Assembly: GCA_951406725.2 (NCBI GenBank)
Contig: OX597825.1
Span: 61,194,001 to 61,258,000, forward strand
From: Octopus vulgaris
Lineage: Eukaryota
DNA length: 64,000 nucleotides
Reading direction: 5' to 3'
Part shown: positions 61,053 to 64,000 of the stretch, one piece after another
Layout of the letters: each line of letters begins with the position of its first letter
Numbering within the stretch: position 1 is the stretch's first letter
Made by a program: the position numbers and the translations under genes
Notes under the pieces: generated by a model
Databases searched by the model: none
Told to the model about the DNA's origin: nothing
What the model saw: only the letters and a program-made list of their open reading frames with translations

Positions 61053-62324
61053 CATACACATATATATATATATATATACACATGCATGCACACATGCACA
61101 CACACACACACACCTATATATATGTGTGTGTGTATGTGTGTATATATATGTATGACTATATGAGTGTATTTTTTGTACTCTGCTTGATACTTATACATGA
61201 CTCTCACTAGCTTACAAGCAGAATCATTCATTTCTGGTCTTACATGAAAAATTTGTCTTGCTCTGGGAAAATAATATTGTCCTGAGAAATAGATGTAAGT
61301 TGACAACAAGAAGGTTACCCATCTGTAGAAGATCTGCCTCAACAAACTCCATCTAACTCATGGAAGCATAGAAAAGTGGATGCTAAACAAATATAATAAC
61401 GATGATGATGGTGATGATGATGATTATTCTGAAATTACTTTAACAAAATACAGTTTATTTTGATTAAATCATTATTATTCAGATATAATGTTTAGAAGAC
61501 TGTTTATTTGTCTTCTGTCGACTCCATATCTTAGGTTATTCCACTTCGCATCATTATTTCGTAATTTGATCCATTAAGAAATTGCACTTACTGACACTTC
61601 ATTCAAGAAAAAAATTAAGCTCAATATGTAAATTTGTTTTTAAATATCAATTGGTCATTTTCTAATAATAATAAATAAAAAAAAAACGATTTGATTATTC
61701 TAATGTTGTTGACTGTGACTAATTTTTAATGGAAACCTAAAGAAAATATGTAAAAAAAATAAAACTCAATAAATGACTAGTTGTACTTGATAAAAAAAAA
61801 TCGTCTTCTTTTGATTAATAACTTTGCAGTATGACCTCTAAATACATTTATAACAAATTTTTTTCTTTTTGTTCGATTCCCAAAAGACTTAAAAACAAAA
61901 CGATTTAATGTTGCATAAAACATTATCGTCTGAAAAATTATTGTTCGCAAAATAGAGTGAGTTAACCCACACACATGTATATACACACACATAGACATGC
62001 ACGCAAACATGCAAGCACACACACACGTGCATGCATGCACACACACATATACACACGCATACACACACACACACATACACTCACACACACAAATATAGAG
62101 AGGAAGAAAGTATAACATTATGCCTCAGTAGGCTTTTAGTTGGTAATGTTCTCGTCACACTGCTTGGATATAATATGTAACTTGTGATGATTTAAAAAGC
62201 ACTGCTTAAAGAAAAAAAATGAAATTTAATTTGTTTACAAAAAAATATAAAGTGTTTTCCTTATCATTTACAGCAGTGACTAAAAGGTTTGTTTGCAAAA
62301 AGAACAACTAGACATACACCTGTG

Positions 62325-62709
62325 TCATTCTGGTGGTTATGACGATGAGGGTTCCAGTCGATCCGATCAATGGAACAGCCTGCTAGTGAAATTAACATGT
62401 AAGTGGCTGAGTACTCCACAGATATGTGTACCCTTAACATAGTTCTCAGAGAGATTCAGCATGACAGAGTGTGACAAGGATGGCCTTTCGAAATACAGGT
62501 ACAACAGAAACAGGAAGAAAGAGCGAGAGAAAGTTCTGGGGAAAGAGTACATCATGGTTGCCCCCCCCTACCATTCCACACCCTGCTAGAGCCTCATGGA
62601 GCTTTAGGTGTTTTTACTCAATAAACATAACGTCTGATCTGGGAATCGAAACTACGATCCTACGATCGCAAGTCTGCTGCCCAAACCACTGGGCCATTGC
62701 ACCTCCACA
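62325..62709 (-). mobile_element. SINE family C (long-tail variant)
   Basis: near-identical to 4152-4466 plus the gttccagtcgatccgatcaatggaacagcc tail. Confidence 0.88.
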
Positions 62710-62819
62710 CTAGCCATACAACACACAAATTTGAAAAGAGAACCAAGTGGAGTGTGATTAAGACAGAAATGAAAGGCACAAGAGAAACCCTACTTGGGGA
62801 GGGAAATGGCATGGAAATA

Positions 62820-63087
62820 TTGGTTTCAAATTTTGGCACAAGGCCAGCAATTTCAAGGTGGGCTTAAGTCAATTACATCGACCTCAGTGCTCAACTGGTG
62901 CTCATTTTATGGAACCTGAACGGATGAAAGGTAAAGTTGATCTTGGTGGAATTTGAATGTAGAACATGAGTGGCTGTGCGGTAAGTAGCTTGCTTACCAA
63001 CCACATGGTTCCAGGTTCAGTCCCACTGTGTGGCACCTTGGACAAGTGTCTTCTACTATAGCTTCGGGCGGACCAAAGCCTTGTGAG
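62820..63087. mobile_element. SINE B fragment (-) abutting a SINE A 5' part (+)
   Basis: ggatgaaaggtaaagttgatcttggtggaatttg; gagtggctgtgcggtaagtagcttgc. Confidence 0.75.
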
Positions 63088-63089
63088 GT

Positions 63090-63556
63090 ATATACTCACA
63101 TTGGTGGTCACTAAGTGGAAAAGTGTAACATGAACTGCCTTTCCAAACATTTACCTCACCCAATCAGTAAGAGCCTCTCATAACAAAATTTCTTTTCTTT
63201 CCTTACTCTTTACAAAACGCACTAGGGTTAGGGTTAGAGTTAAAGTTTTAAGGTTAGGGATAGGGTTTTAGAGTAGGGTTGTAATAAATAACAGTGACAA
63301 TCGAAAAATGCACCACCGATAGTTGTTGACAAACAATGGCAGTAATTTTATTCAGCTGAATACACGTCATTGATTGGTTAAAATTACCGAAATAAGAGAA
63401 CTTCAACATGAAATAACTTTATAGACATAAACTTTTCTCAAAATGCTAAGTGTAAAAGGTGTTTTATATGACACATTCTACCACTATACGAAGTTTGAAA
63501 GTGTTTAGTTACAAAAAATTATTTTTTAAATCTGTAGGTCAAAAGGTAAAGATCCC
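63090..63556. mobile_element. Probable DNA-transposon-like repeat containing degenerate TTAGGG units (63223-63280)
   Basis: tagggttagggttagagttaaagttttaaggttagggatagggtt; sharp end ggtaaagatccc. Confidence 0.4.
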
Positions 63557-64000
63557 AAACGGCTAACTCAGCTCACAGCAATCATGACAAAAGCAACAAG
63601 ATATTGCTCTGTTATTCAAGTGAAACAAATATCTTAGAGATTGGGTTAAAAAAAAGTACTGAATTGTTTGGTTACTATTATTACACTGATGTTAAATCCT
63701 TTGGTGATACATACAGGTAAAAAAATTACATATATATATACAATAGGCTTTGGCTCAGCATCACTCAACCAAATGAGCCATAGATCAACTAATGAATAAC
63801 ATTGGGGTTAGTCATATGACTGCAAAGTGAAGTCAATTTTGGAGTCATTTAGTTTATTGATGGTTCAGAGGGAACAGAAAGAAAGATTGGTAGAATTTTC
63901 AATAGTTCATGTATTTTTTAAGTTTTAATTATTTGTAAGTCGATATAAGTTTGAATTAATTAAAATAATTAAAGAAATTTCCAGTGCTGAAATTAATGCA

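Overview
AT-rich, repeat-saturated eukaryotic DNA with no recognisable host protein-coding gene. It is probably intronic or intergenic. The tRNA-derived SINE families and microsatellite spectrum match what I know of Octopus genomes, which is an inference. Nearly all ORFs in the track are microsatellite or SINE artefacts. The real coding signal is decayed transposon sequence: two restriction-like-endonuclease (REL) non-LTR elements sitting in (CATA)n, RTE and CR1 3' ends, a Ty3/Gypsy pol, Penelope-like RT and EN relics, an internally deleted Helitron, and pogo/Tc2 and mariner relics. piggyBac-type and mariner-type MITEs are also present. The most notable unannotated signal is a set of about ten minimal type-I hammerhead ribozyme (HHR) motifs from several distinct short elements, many inside long inverted repeats typical of Penelope-like insertions. 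Two have fully canonical cores (3774-3830 and 49036-49087). One shows a compensatory U3-A8 core (27224-27260). One family fuses a Pol III tRNA-derived SINE head, an (AAT)n linker and an HHR tail (47080-47445, with related copies near 1407 and 42850). Family labels A-F below are my working names. All folds and homologies were read by eye, and repeat boundaries are approximate unless a TSD or TIR is quoted.
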